Source of the DNA: Candidatus Hadarchaeales archaeon
Lineage (GTDB): Archaea; Hadarchaeota; Hadarchaeia; Hadarchaeales; Hadarchaeaceae
Assembly: GCA_038823825.1 (NCBI GenBank)
Contig: JAWBCC010000003.1
Location: 60,001 to 92,000 of the forward strand
Reading direction: 5' to 3'
Length of the DNA: 32,000 nucleotides
The notes under the pieces were generated by a model that was not told the DNA's origin, did not search any database, and saw nothing but the letters and a program-made list of their open reading frames with translations. Below, piece by piece: positions 8,080 to 17,464 of this stretch. The position numbers were made by a program, and so were the translations under genes. The number at the start of each line of letters is the position of its first letter. Positions within the stretch are counted from its first letter, which is position 1.

Positions 8080-8658
8080 ATGGAAGACTTGTTGCGGAAG
8101 AGAATAACATCTGTGATTAAAAAACTATACGAGCGTGGTCTGATTTCCGCCAGAAGCGGAAACGTGAGTTGCAGGCTCAATGCCAGCACGATGTTGATAA
8201 CACCCTCCGGAACCGTTGAGGACAAAATGAAACCATCAGGAATCGTGAAAATGGGACTTGACGGGAGAGTCCTCCAAGGAAGAATCCCATCCATAGAATG
8301 GATGATGCACGCGGAGGTTTATAGAAGAAACAAGCAGGTTGGAGCGATAATTCATTCTCATCCGCCGATTACGATTGGTCTTTCCTTGTCTGGAGAATTC
8401 AAAGTTGTTACCGAGGAATGTAAAATGCTCGTAGGTTATGATATTCCAATGGTTCGCGCTCCCCCGGGCTCTGAGGAACTCGCAAGGGCTGTTGCTTCAG
8501 AATCCTCGAAGAAAGTCGTAATACTTCTAGGTCACGGGTTGGTTGCGTTTGGCAGAGATCTCGAGGAGGCCGAAATTTTAACAGAGGCTGTGGAGGAAAA
8601 CGCAAAGGTTGTTCTGGTTTATATCGTTTCCAGGATCAATCCTGACGGATCCTCGTAA
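8080..8658 (+). CDS. class II aldolase/adducin-domain protein (L-fuculose-1-phosphate aldolase-like)
   Basis: ERGLISARSGNVSCRL...MLITPSG at the N-terminus, plus the metal-binding His pattern IIHSHPP and LLGHGLVAFG. Confidence 0.8.
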   Translation: MEDLLRKRITSVIKKLYERGLISARSGNVSCRLNASTMLITPSGTVEDKMKPSGIVKMGLDGRVLQGRIPSIEWMMHAEVYRRNKQVGAIIHSHPPITIGLSLSGEFKVVTEECKMLVGYDIPMVRAPPGSEELARAVASESSKKVVILLGHGLVAFGRDLEEAEILTEAVEENAKVVLVYIVSRINPDGSS

Positions 8659-9580
8659 GAGAGAACATTCTTTCTATCGCTCTTCTAGCTCTCTCAGCAG
8701 TTTTTTCCGGGACTTTTATCTCATATTTTTCATCTCTTAGACTTATGTAGAGTTTTTCTAACGTATGCTTTTTCATCTGTTGACAGATTGCATCGGGGCA
8801 GGCAGGGATGAACTTCTTATCTGGATTCTCCTTTTTCAGTCGATGGAGAAGCCCGATTTCTGTTGCTATGATAAAGGTTCTCGCGTTAGATTCGCGAGCT
8901 CTCTTTATCATCTGGCTCGTGCTGCAAACATGTGTGGCTATTTGCTGGATTTCTGGGTCGCACTCTGGATGGGCCAAAATTTCTGCATCCGGATATTTTT
9001 GTTTTAGAAGAAGGATGTCTTCAACTTTGAACATTCTGTGGACATAACAGTATCCATCATATGGAACCGGGATAACTGTTTTCTTGGTTTTCTGTTGGGT
9101 GAACCAGGCGAGATTTCTGTCTGGACCAAACAGAACGACATCTTCATCGAGCGAGTTAATGACTGAGGGAGCGTTGGCCGATGTACAGATCACATCAGCT
9201 TCCGCTTTAGCTTCTGCTGTCGTGTTTACGTAAAGCACAACTGGAACTCCGGGGTGCTCCTTCTTTTTTTCGAGTAAAACGCGTAGGGGAAGTTGTGCGG
9301 CGAGAGGACATGAGGCCTCCACATCTGGGATAAGGACTTTTTTTTCTGGATTGAGAATAGATGCAGTTTCGGCCATGAAGTCCACACCACAGAAAACAAC
9401 TAGATTTTTATCGATCTTCGTGCACGCAAGTGCGAGTTCTAGCGAATCTCCAACGAAGTCCGCCAAATCTTGGATTTCCGGGATCTGATAATTGTGTGCT
9501 AAAATGACAGCTTTTTTCTTTTCCTTGAGTTCTACGATTTTTTCAACGATTTCATCTACTTTCCTCATCATGTTCACCAA
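8636..9580 (-). CDS. nadA: quinolinate synthase
   Basis: 314 aa. VILAHNYQIPEIQDLADFVGDSLELA together with the length and overall pattern match NadA. Confidence 0.9.
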   Translation of the reverse strand: MVNMMRKVDEIVEKIVELKEKKKAVILAHNYQIPEIQDLADFVGDSLELALACTKIDKNLVVFCGVDFMAETASILNPEKKVLIPDVEASCPLAAQLPLRVLLEKKKEHPGVPVVLYVNTTAEAKAEADVICTSANAPSVINSLDEDVVLFGPDRNLAWFTQQKTKKTVIPVPYDGYCYVHRMFKVEDILLLKQKYPDAEILAHPECDPEIQQIATHVCSTSQMIKRARESNARTFIIATEIGLLHRLKKENPDKKFIPACPDAICQQMKKHTLEKLYISLRDEKYEIKVPEKTAERARRAIERMFSLTRIRQD

Positions 9581-10290
9581 GTCCCGAACATGAAATCTTG
9601 ATACTCGACATATCTTTTGTAAAGGCGGGATCTCCTCCTTTTAACGTAAATTCCGGCGAGAACTCCGACGACTATTCCAATTAGATGGGCAAGGTTCGCG
9701 ACCGAACTTTGCGGAAGAGTAAGAGCCATGAGGGCCGAGAGAATTCCAAAGCCCGTGATGAACATCCAGAGGCGCATCGGAATGAAGAAAAAAAGGAGGA
9801 CCGGGAGTCTAGGCATGATAACCGCTAGGGTTCCGAGTAGTCCAAGAATCGCTCCGCTGGCCCCGAGGACGATGACGTCTGGAGGGCTAACTGAAAGCTG
9901 AGCGAGTGCGGCAATTACGCCTGAGAGGAAAAAGATAGCGAGAAAGTTTGCCTTTCCTATTTTCATCTCTAGCATCGGGGAGAAGGAAATGAAGACGATA
10001 ATGTTCACAAGCAGGTGGAGAATCCCCCCGTGTGCGAATATCGATGTGATGAGAGTCCACGGTCTCTCAGCCAGAGTTCTTCTTGATGGGCACAAATAGT
10101 AAAGAAAAGAATTCCTGTCTCCAGAAATAAAGTAGTTTTCGCCAAGACTGACTTCTGCAACGATCTGAAGGATGAAAACTCCAATTATTGCTGCGGTCAA
10201 GATATAAGTGGCAATGGGTCTTTCCAATCTGCGGAAGACGAAGCGCACAGTTGATGGCTCGTATTCGACGTATCCAAATTCTATGCTCAT
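9574..10290 (-). CDS. rhomboid-family intramembrane serine protease
   Basis: A multi-TM protein with the rhomboid signatures FAHGGILHLLVN (HxxxN) and the catalytic GASGAILGLLG (GxSG). A later His lies in ANLAHLIGIVVG. Confidence 0.85.
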   Translation of the reverse strand: MSIEFGYVEYEPSTVRFVFRRLERPIATYILTAAIIGVFILQIVAEVSLGENYFISGDRNSFLYYLCPSRRTLAERPWTLITSIFAHGGILHLLVNIIVFISFSPMLEMKIGKANFLAIFFLSGVIAALAQLSVSPPDVIVLGASGAILGLLGTLAVIMPRLPVLLFFFIPMRLWMFITGFGILSALMALTLPQSSVANLAHLIGIVVGVLAGIYVKRRRSRLYKRYVEYQDFMFGTW

Positions 10291-10371
10291 CTATGAAAAT
10301 GCAGATATCATTGGATTTAAATCACACTCCTCGAAAAACTTAAAGTCATGTGACGAAAAAAGAGAGAATAG

Positions 10372-10449
10372 GGGCCGGTAGCTCAGCCTGGTATGAGCAC
10401 TCGCTTGGCATGCGAGGGGTCGCGGGTTCAAATCCCGCCCGGTCCACCA
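10372..10449 (+). tRNA. tRNA-Ala (anticodon GGC), CCA encoded
   Basis: Acceptor GGGCCGG/CCGGTCC includes the G3:U70 alanine identity pair. The anticodon stem is CTCGC/GCGAG with loop TTGGCAT, and the T arm is GCGGG-TTCAAAT-CCCGC. A T6 run at 10456-10461 follows as a likely terminator. Confidence 0.9.
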
Positions 10450-10476
10450 ATTCTATTTTTTGTTGAATAAGAGGTG

Positions 10477-10484
10477 TTTAAATA
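10477..10484 (+). promoter_or_regulatory. TATA-like box (tttaaata) for the giant surface-protein gene
   Basis: It lies 30-37 nt upstream of in-frame GTG 10514 and downstream of the tRNA-Ala oligo-T tract. This block is absent from the mini paralog, whose homology begins only at ~10538. Confidence 0.4.
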
Positions 10485-10513
10485 CCCCTAAAGGGATTGG
10501 TTTTGGTGCAAAC

Positions 10514-13500
10514 GTGGATGAAAGTGGTAGTAATGTGCTGAGCACCTTTTTTGGTACATTGCTTTTAATATCGCTTCTCGCCTTCTCTGTTTCGTTTGTG
10601 TTTCTGTTTTCTGCGAGAACGGTTTCCGCATCGCCTGACTCTCACGCTCCGATATACATAGTTGGGAATGAAAACTTCACGCCTGCAAACGGTGTTCGCT
10701 CGGGTTCTGGAACCGAAACAGATCCTTACATAATCGAGAACTGGGAAATCGATGCTTCCACGGGACACGGGATCCACATTAAAAACACCACTGCATATTT
10801 CGTAATCAGAAATGTGTTGGTTGAGAACGGGAGCGGTGCTTACTATGGGATTTATCTAGAAAACGTGGTTAACGGCAGGCTCAGTAATAACATCGTGGGG
10901 AACAACGAGTGCGGTATTTATCTATACTCCTCAGACAATAACACTCTCTCGGGGAACGTCGTTGAGAACAACGAGACCGGTATTTACCTTGACAATTCCA
11001 ACAGCAACTTTCTCTTCGGCAACATCTTGGCGAACAACGGCACCGGCATCTTGCTCATTTATTCAGAAAATAATACTCTATCGGGAAACAATTTGGAGAA
11101 CAACGAGTACTACGGTGTTGATCTATACTACTCCGACAACAACACAATCTCCGGGAACAACATAGAAAGGTCATGGGACACGGGAATATGCATTGATGAG
11201 TCATCCGAAAACAACTATTTGAGCAACAATCAGATTAGACAATCTGATTATGGTTTTTATTTTTACTACTCCGGGAACAACTTTTTAGAAAATAATCTGG
11301 TTGAAAACTCTTCATACTCGGCGATATGGATAGATCACTCCGAAAATATAAAAATGCGGAAAAATGTGATGAAATTAGGACCCAGCCTCGTTATACAGGG
11401 CGGGTACCTCTTCCATTTCCTTCACGATATCGACAACTCAAATCTCGCGAACGGAAAGCCAATCCTCTATTTGACAGGGAAGGAGAACAACCTCGTGATC
11501 AACCAGGACAACAAAGTGGGATGGCTCGGTCTGGTGAACTCCGAGAACATGCGGGTTGAAAACATTGTCGTTGAGTCCATTCTGCTAGCTTTTACGTCAA
11601 AAAGCAAAATCGAGAACGTAATGGTTGAAAATGGATACTATGCAATCGAACTTTTCAAATCTTCCAACAATAGAATTCTGAGATCTTACATTGCTAGGGG
11701 TTTATATGGCATCTATTTACAAAACTCTCCCAACAATTTGATCTCTAGCTGCGAACTGGAAAGATCTTACTATAGTGTATGTGTCACTTATTCCGATAAC
11801 ATCGAAATCTCAAACAACATCGTGAGAATTGCGAGCCTTGGCATATATCTCTATCAGTGCGACAATATGGTTATCGCGGGAAACACGATTCGAGACATCG
11901 AAAATTTTGCGGGAGTTGAGAGCTTTAAACTCACTAATAGCAGGATTTCAAATAACAGCTTTATCAACGTTTCTGCTCAGTATGTGATTGTCAGTTACGG
12001 CTATTCTGAAAATATTTCTATTACCGGAAATATTATCGGAGGAGGAGGCAATTATTATGGGATATACACCGAACATTGGAATGAAGCGTTTATCTGTGGG
12101 AATACTATCGAGAACAACGTGGTCGCGGGCATATATCTCCATAGCCCTGAAAATTGCACAATTGAGAACAATATCTTAAGAAACAACCCAACTGGTATTT
12201 CTCTCTCCTACAATGCGAAAAGCAACAAAATTTCTGGGAACTGGCTGGAAAACAACAATAACTCCTCTCTCAGTATAACGAGTTATTCGGATAACAACAG
12301 GATAGTAAATAACACGATTAAGAAAAGTTCAGAGATGCGCATTAATTGGTCTAATTTCATCACGGTGGAAAATAATACAGTAGAAGACAGTTCCGGCTTC
12401 GCGTATTTATACTCATCCGACAACAATCTCATCTCAAACAATAAAATAACGAATGTTATTAGCGGGATAACCATGAGCACTTCTTGCGAGTACAATAGAA
12501 TAGAAAACAACTTTATTACTAAAGTAGCTACTAGCGGGGTCTTGCTAATGAGCACTAATTGTCAGTGGAACAAGATCTCTGGAAATAAGATTGAAAATTC
12601 CAATTGGGGCATAGAGGTAAGTTATAAAAATAACGAAATCTTTTCGAACGTGGTGAAGTTTTCAAGTAAAGGAATTTATGTCTATGGACAGTCGGATAAT
12701 ACCACAATCTTCGGAAACATTTTGGAGAATAATGAGGAGGGCATCCGCGTATCTAACTCAAAGGCAGAAATCACGGGGAACGATTTAAAGGGAAACACTT
12801 ATGGAATTTACCTAGCGACAAAAACAACCACTGTCTTGCATAATACGATAGTGGATGGCAATTATGGAATTTATTCATACTACTCCGAAAACATTCTGAT
12901 CGAAAACAACGTAATAGAGAGAAATTTGCTCGCAGGCATCTATTTTGATAGTTCAAAGAGCAATTTGATCGAAAACACCAAGATAGAAGGAAACGTTCAG
13001 TACGGCATATATCTTTTCTACTCGGATAACAACAGAATTCTAAACAACGATATCTTGAGCAGTTATCAAGGAATGTATCTATATCAGTCTAAGGACGCTG
13101 TGATCTCCGGTAACAGAGTGGAAAATAATGAGCAGGGAATATATCTTATGTACTCGAGTAAGGACAACATTCTAAACAATACTATACGTAGCAATAAATT
13201 TGGCGTTCTAATCGTCTGGGCTTCGTTAAATAATATAGTTGAGAACAACGAGGTCGATAGCAACCGGACCGGTGTGTATCTGTTTGGATCAAAATCTAAC
13301 ATCCTCCGCAGCAACAAAATCCTGTGGAGCACGGACACCGGGATAGGCGTTTACAATAATGCGGAGCTTAACAGGCTGGAAAACAATACCTGCGAGAACA
13401 ACGCATTTGGGATTCGCTTGGACACGGCGAAAAAAACCATTTTGAGAGGCAACAAACTCGAGAATAACGTTTGGTATGGGTTGTTCGTCAGCGGCTACCA

Positions 13501-16378
13501 GATGGACTACTACGACCACGATATCGACAACTCGAACGAACTCAACGGAAAACCGATTCTCTATCTGGTGGGAGAAAACAACATAGTGATTAACCAAGAC
13601 AACGATCCGGGCTTTCTAGGTCTCGTAGGTCTGGAGAATGTGAGGGCGGAAAATCTACAACCGGAATCTATTCTTCTCGTATTTACCGAAAACGTTTTGC
13701 TTAGAAATCATGCCGCACGCAGTCTCATTATGTGTTTTTCTGAAAACTGTAGACTAGAAAATAGCATCTCCGAGAACGGCATGTTTGGCATTTTAATTTG
13801 GTGGTCTAGAAATCTAACACTCCGAGCGAACCAAGCAAGAAACTGTCTCTATAATTTTGGCGTCGAAGGATGGGAGCTTCCTCATTACCTACATGATATT
13901 GATAACTCGAACTCGGTAAACGGGAAACCGGTCATCTATCTGATAAACGAAAACAACATCACGATTGAGCAGGGCGATCAGCCGGGTTACTTGGGCCTCA
14001 TTAATCTGAGCAGCGCGAAGGTTAAAGATGTCAAATTTGAGAAAAACTGTCAGGGAATTCTGCTTTTCAGCGTAGAGAACATAGAAATCGAGAATGTCGA
14101 TCTCAAAGCCAACTGGTTAGGTCTGGAGGCCAGCTTTTTGAAAGGTGGCGAGGTTAGCAACAACAGGATCGAAAATAACCTTGAAGGTTGCGTAATCCGG
14201 GATTCGAATAGCAATCTTTTCCATTCGAACATAGTGAGGAATAACCAAGAAGATGGTTTTTTGGTGAAAACTTCGGAAAACATTGTTTTCAGCGGAAACT
14301 TCGTTGAGAACAGCAATTATGGTATTAATGCATCCGAAACGGACAACATTATCATCACCGGGAACACAATAGAGCACACCTCAGAGTTTGGAATATACCT
14401 CGATATGATTTTAGGTGGCAGCGTGACTTTCAACAATTTGCGGAACAATCAAACCGGAATTAGAGTTGACAGCGGCAGTCGATTGGTTATTTCCTACAAC
14501 GTTATTGAGAACAGCTCGGATCGAGATATCATATTTAATGGAGAAAATTCTGTTTTCGAGGCAAACGTCTACACAACAGCAGACGGCATTCCTCACATAC
14601 ATTCAGTTTCTGTTACGAACATCACGCAGACATCTGCAACGATAACTTGGGTTACTGATGAGGACTCAACAACCGTTGTAGAATACGGACCAACAACGGC
14701 ATACGGATACACCGCCACCGATGGTGTGACGAAAAACCATCAGGTGAACCTCTCCAACCTTTCACCTGGAACAATCTACCACTTCCGCGTCCTTTCAACC
14801 GACAGTGAAAACAACCTTGAGATATCAAGGGACTTCACCTTCATGACGGCTTCACCTCCACCTCCACCGCCCCCACCGCCTCCTCCACCTGCCCAGATCT
14901 CAACATCCATAACGATCGAGCCATTTGCCTTCTCCATTGTCTCAGGAGGTTCTAGAGAGATAACAGCCATTCTGAGGGATAACGGAGGGAACCCGCTTTC
15001 CGGAAAGACGATATCGTGGAGCACAACCGCTGGAACAATAACCCAGACGAGCGTGACAGACAACCTTGGGAGGGCAATCGCAACCTTCACGGCTCCTGTT
15101 GTCACGCGAGTGGAAAATGTGACTATCACGGCAACATTTGCTGGTGATGCAAGCTATTTGGGGAGTCAGGCAAACGCCCTATGTACGGTTTCTCCAACTC
15201 CTCTCATCCCAACAACCTTGAGAATTTCACCGCCAAGTTTCACAGTCAGAGTTGGTGGAAGGACAACACTGACCGCAATCCTCTTGGATAACGCTGGAAA
15301 TCCGCTCCAAGGGAAGCAGATAGTTTGGAGCACAAATTCCGGTTCGATTGAACCGATGAGCGGTCTCACGGACAACTACGGGAGAATGGAGGTGACGTTT
15401 TTCGCACCGTCGGTCAGCGGATCTGTTGAAATCGGAGCTATGTTCGCAGGAGATTCCACACATACTGGAAGCCAAGCTGCATGTGAGGGAACCGTTTCCC
15501 CTCTTCAGGCCAGGATAGACATAACTCCTGATGTCATCTACAGAGGTTCCCTGCCACGCTGGATCTTCTGCTACATAGAGATCCCGGAGGAGAATGTGGA
15601 AGAGATAGATGTTGGCAGCGTTAGGCTTCAGCAAATTCCTGTTGATCCTAGCGCTCCGACGTCAGTCGGAGATCATGACGGGAACGGAATCCCAGACATT
15701 CTTCTAGGATTCAGCTCCCAGGCTCTTGCGCTTCCAGATTCCCCGGGCATTCTGCAACTTTCCGTCATCGGATTCGTTAAAGGACTGGAGTTCAAAGGCA
15801 CAACCGCTGTCCTTTACACAACCATTTCAGAAAACTTGAAGCCGATGATTTTTATTTTAGAAAACCTCCAGCCCGGCTCCTGGCCGGTTTTCTTGGAAAA
15901 CATCTCTCTAAACCGGATTGACATCATCCTCGAGAACTATAGGGAAAGAGCCCAGCTCTTTGTTCTAGAACTTTTCAGTCCTCCGGAGGGAATTCCTTCG
16001 GCCCCAGGAATAGTCTACAGATATCTCTTGATAACCGTGGAGAACCTGGAGGAGGTAGAAAACGTTTCCCTGACTTTTGCCGTAAGCCGCTCTTGGATTT
16101 CCTCCTCAAACATCTCTGAAAATCTGATTTTCCTAAAGAGATTCGACGCATCTGAAAACATATGGGAAAACATACCGATCACGTTGGTCGGAGAAGATGA
16201 AAGCTACGTCTACTTCCGTGCAAACTTGCGAGGTTTCTCTCTTTTTGCTATCTCCGGTCTCCCCGCAGCTGCGCCTAAACCAGAGGCCAAGCCAAGGACT
16301 GAGATCCTGATAGCTGTGATCGTCGTCATTATCATAATCCTTCTTTTTATCCTAATCTCTCTTAGGAGAAGGCAGTGA
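10514..16378 (+). CDS. giant secreted/cell-surface protein with parallel beta-helix (PbH1/NosD-like) repeats, FN3-like domain, Pro12 linker, two Big_1-like Ig repeats, PGF-pre-PGF-like domain and C-terminal TM anchor
   Basis: A single uninterrupted ORF runs from TTG 10460, which lies inside the tRNA-Ala T-tract, so GTG 10514 or 10535 is the more likely start. It has an N-terminal signal (LLLISLLAFSVSFVFLFSARTVSA/SPD). Dozens of ~22-aa repeats follow the pattern SxNNxIxxNxIxxNxxGIYLxxS. The FN3-like domain is at 14600-14850, the 12 Pro codons at 14855-14890, tandem ~100-aa Ig-like repeats at ~14897-15500, a FSLFAISG-terminated domain at ~16017-16260, and a TM segment with RRRQ tail at the end. 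Confidence 0.85.
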   Translation: MDESGSNVLSTFFGTLLLISLLAFSVSFVFLFSARTVSASPDSHAPIYIVGNENFTPANGVRSGSGTETDPYIIENWEIDASTGHGIHIKNTTAYFVIRNVLVENGSGAYYGIYLENVVNGRLSNNIVGNNECGIYLYSSDNNTLSGNVVENNETGIYLDNSNSNFLFGNILANNGTGILLIYSENNTLSGNNLENNEYYGVDLYYSDNNTISGNNIERSWDTGICIDESSENNYLSNNQIRQSDYGFYFYYSGNNFLENNLVENSSYSAIWIDHSENIKMRKNVMKLGPSLVIQGGYLFHFLHDIDNSNLANGKPILYLTGKENNLVINQDNKVGWLGLVNSENMRVENIVVESILLAFTSKSKIENVMVENGYYAIELFKSSNNRILRSYIARGLYGIYLQNSPNNLISSCELERSYYSVCVTYSDNIEISNNIVRIASLGIYLYQCDNMVIAGNTIRDIENFAGVESFKLTNSRISNNSFINVSAQYVIVSYGYSENISITGNIIGGGGNYYGIYTEHWNEAFICGNTIENNVVAGIYLHSPENCTIENNILRNNPTGISLSYNAKSNKISGNWLENNNNSSLSITSYSDNNRIVNNTIKKSSEMRINWSNFITVENNTVEDSSGFAYLYSSDNNLISNNKITNVISGITMSTSCEYNRIENNFITKVATSGVLLMSTNCQWNKISGNKIENSNWGIEVSYKNNEIFSNVVKFSSKGIYVYGQSDNTTIFGNILENNEEGIRVSNSKAEITGNDLKGNTYGIYLATKTTTVLHNTIVDGNYGIYSYYSENILIENNVIERNLLAGIYFDSSKSNLIENTKIEGNVQYGIYLFYSDNNRILNNDILSSYQGMYLYQSKDAVISGNRVENNEQGIYLMYSSKDNILNNTIRSNKFGVLIVWASLNNIVENNEVDSNRTGVYLFGSKSNILRSNKILWSTDTGIGVYNNAELNRLENNTCENNAFGIRLDTAKKTILRGNKLENNVWYGLFVSGYQMDYYDHDIDNSNELNGKPILYLVGENNIVINQDNDPGFLGLVGLENVRAENLQPESILLVFTENVLLRNHAARSLIMCFSENCRLENSISENGMFGILIWWSRNLTLRANQARNCLYNFGVEGWELPHYLHDIDNSNSVNGKPVIYLINENNITIEQGDQPGYLGLINLSSAKVKDVKFEKNCQGILLFSVENIEIENVDLKANWLGLEASFLKGGEVSNNRIENNLEGCVIRDSNSNLFHSNIVRNNQEDGFLVKTSENIVFSGNFVENSNYGINASETDNIIITGNTIEHTSEFGIYLDMILGGSVTFNNLRNNQTGIRVDSGSRLVISYNVIENSSDRDIIFNGENSVFEANVYTTADGIPHIHSVSVTNITQTSATITWVTDEDSTTVVEYGPTTAYGYTATDGVTKNHQVNLSNLSPGTIYHFRVLSTDSENNLEISRDFTFMTASPPPPPPPPPPPPAQISTSITIEPFAFSIVSGGSREITAILRDNGGNPLSGKTISWSTTAGTITQTSVTDNLGRAIATFTAPVVTRVENVTITATFAGDASYLGSQANALCTVSPTPLIPTTLRISPPSFTVRVGGRTTLTAILLDNAGNPLQGKQIVWSTNSGSIEPMSGLTDNYGRMEVTFFAPSVSGSVEIGAMFAGDSTHTGSQAACEGTVSPLQARIDITPDVIYRGSLPRWIFCYIEIPEENVEEIDVGSVRLQQIPVDPSAPTSVGDHDGNGIPDILLGFSSQALALPDSPGILQLSVIGFVKGLEFKGTTAVLYTTISENLKPMIFILENLQPGSWPVFLENISLNRIDIILENYRERAQLFVLELFSPPEGIPSAPGIVYRYLLITVENLEEVENVSLTFAVSRSWISSSNISENLIFLKRFDASENIWENIPITLVGEDESYVYFRANLRGFSLFAISGLPAAAPKPEAKPRTEILIAVIVVIIIILLFILISLRRRQ

Positions 16379-16462
16379 TGAGAATTCCATATTAACAGAG
16401 TTGATGGACGACTCGCAAAACAGTTTTTAACGTTGACTAAATGATGAACTTTGGAGAACTGT

Positions 16463-16858
16463 ATGAAACGAAGGGAAATTATAAAAATCACATCTGAGTC
16501 CGGTGTGGAGATTTTGTGCGAAATCCGTTTTGACAAAAATCCGAAGACGGCTGAGGCTCTTATGAGGGCGATACCTTTCGAGACTCGAGCGGAGCTGTGG
16601 GGAAAAGAGGTCTATTTTGAGGTACCGTTTCGGATAGCTCTTGAAAATGCAGATGAAACGGTGAATCTGGGTGATGTGGCTTATTGGCCAGATGGTCCCT
16701 CTCTCTGTCTGTTCTTCGGACCAACTCCTTTAAGTCCTTCCTCAAAGGTCATCAAGCCCTATAGTCCTGTGAATGTGATAGGTAGAATTATTGGAGATCT
16801 GAGAATTCTTGAAAAAGTGAGAGAAGGCGAAAAGCTCGAAGTCGAAAGAGTTCCATAA
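16463..16858 (+). CDS. cyclophilin-like superfamily protein (Cyclophil_like/TM1367-like family)
   Basis: The pattern NPKTAEALMRAIPFETRAELWGKEVYF...GDVAYWPDGPSLCLFFGPTP...VNVIGRI fits this family. ATG 16463 is preceded by GGAGAA, and the ORF opens at TTG 16451. Confidence 0.6.
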   Translation: MKRREIIKITSESGVEILCEIRFDKNPKTAEALMRAIPFETRAELWGKEVYFEVPFRIALENADETVNLGDVAYWPDGPSLCLFFGPTPLSPSSKVIKPYSPVNVIGRIIGDLRILEKVREGEKLEVERVP

Positions 16859-16862
16859 ATCA

Positions 16863-17267
16863 TCATTTTTGCTCGGACACAGCCAGCCAGCTTTCCCAAA
16901 GATGGGGGACGGTGTCTAAGGACTTCATTTCCTCTGGGGTAATCCATCTTGCCTCCACATGCTCCCAGTCAATCTTCACCTCTCGATTTCTTACACGAAA
17001 TCTAAAAGGATGAATTACCCAGATAATCCCGAGTTCCTCGTCCTTAAACTCGTATGGTTCTCCCTCCGCCATCAGTTCGAAATCCTGAATGCCGGTCTCT
17101 TCTCGTATTTCTTTTTCGGCAGCTTCTCTAGGGGTTTCTCCCTCTTCGATGTAGCCAGCCACGGCGCCCCATTTACCTTGGTAAGTTCCAACTTTTTCGC
17201 TTCTTTTAAGCAAGAGAATCTTGCCCTCGCACTCTACGAAGCATGTTACGACTCGTTTCCTGAGCAT
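16863..17267 (-). CDS. NUDIX hydrolase
   Basis: The Nudix box GYIEEGETPREAAEKEIREETGI is present (Gx5Ex7[R/K]EUxEExGU). Confidence 0.85.
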   Translation of the reverse strand: MLRKRVVTCFVECEGKILLLKRSEKVGTYQGKWGAVAGYIEEGETPREAAEKEIREETGIQDFELMAEGEPYEFKDEELGIIWVIHPFRFRVRNREVKIDWEHVEARWITPEEMKSLDTVPHLWESWLAVSEQK

Positions 17268-17279
17268 ACAATAGAATTT

Positions 17280-17297
17280 GCAAAGAGATTTATTTAT
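17280..17297 (+). promoter_or_regulatory. conserved tRNA-Val promoter block (second copy of gcaaagagatttatttat)
   Basis: Identical to 6692-6709 and at the same spacing from the tRNA start. The sequence between block and tRNA is also partly conserved (..gata[c/t]tctctacgga). Confidence 0.6.
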
Positions 17298-17320
17298 CTC
17301 ATTACGATATTCTCTACGGA

Positions 17321-17396
17321 GGGCCCGTGGTCTAGTGGTTATGACATCACCCTGACACGGTGAAGGTCGTGGGTTCGAATCCCACCGGGCCCACCA
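17321..17396 (+). tRNA. tRNA-Val (anticodon GAC), CCA encoded
   Basis: Identical to the tRNA at 6733-6808 except for the anticodon arm (TCACC-CTGACAC-GGTGA) and the adjacent junction base, position 26 (A versus G). Confidence 0.9.
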
Positions 17397-17464
17397 TCGT
17401 CAAAATTTTCAAAAATTTTACTAGAAAAATTTATTAACTCTCTTTGTGAATAACTCAGGTTATT

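Noticed and set aside
8636-8658. 23-bp convergent overlap of the aldolase-like and nadA 3' ends (and an 11-bp overlap at 25250-25260)
   Set aside because: Short convergent 3' overlaps are common in compact archaeal genomes. Nothing else here, such as a structure or repeat, suggests a regulatory role.
10460-10513. TTG 10460 as the start of the giant gene
   Set aside because: The codon lies inside the T6 terminator-like run 10 nt after the tRNA-Ala CCA and upstream of the TATA-like box at 10477-10484. GTG 10514 or 10535 fits the promoter geometry, and the signal peptide begins only after residue ~28.
14855-14890. CCN-rich nucleotide repeat considered as a microsatellite or phase-variation tract
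   Set aside because: It is in frame, uses mixed proline codons (cct/cca/ccg/ccc) instead of a pure repeat unit, and encodes a Pro12 inter-domain linker. It is not a slippage-prone simple repeat.
16440-16497. Possible C/D-box sRNA (ATGATGA at 16441-16447, CTGA at 16493-16496)
   Set aside because: No convincing internal D'/C' boxes are present, and no terminal stem. The candidate overlaps the SD and start codon of the cyclophilin-like CDS. It is most likely a chance match.
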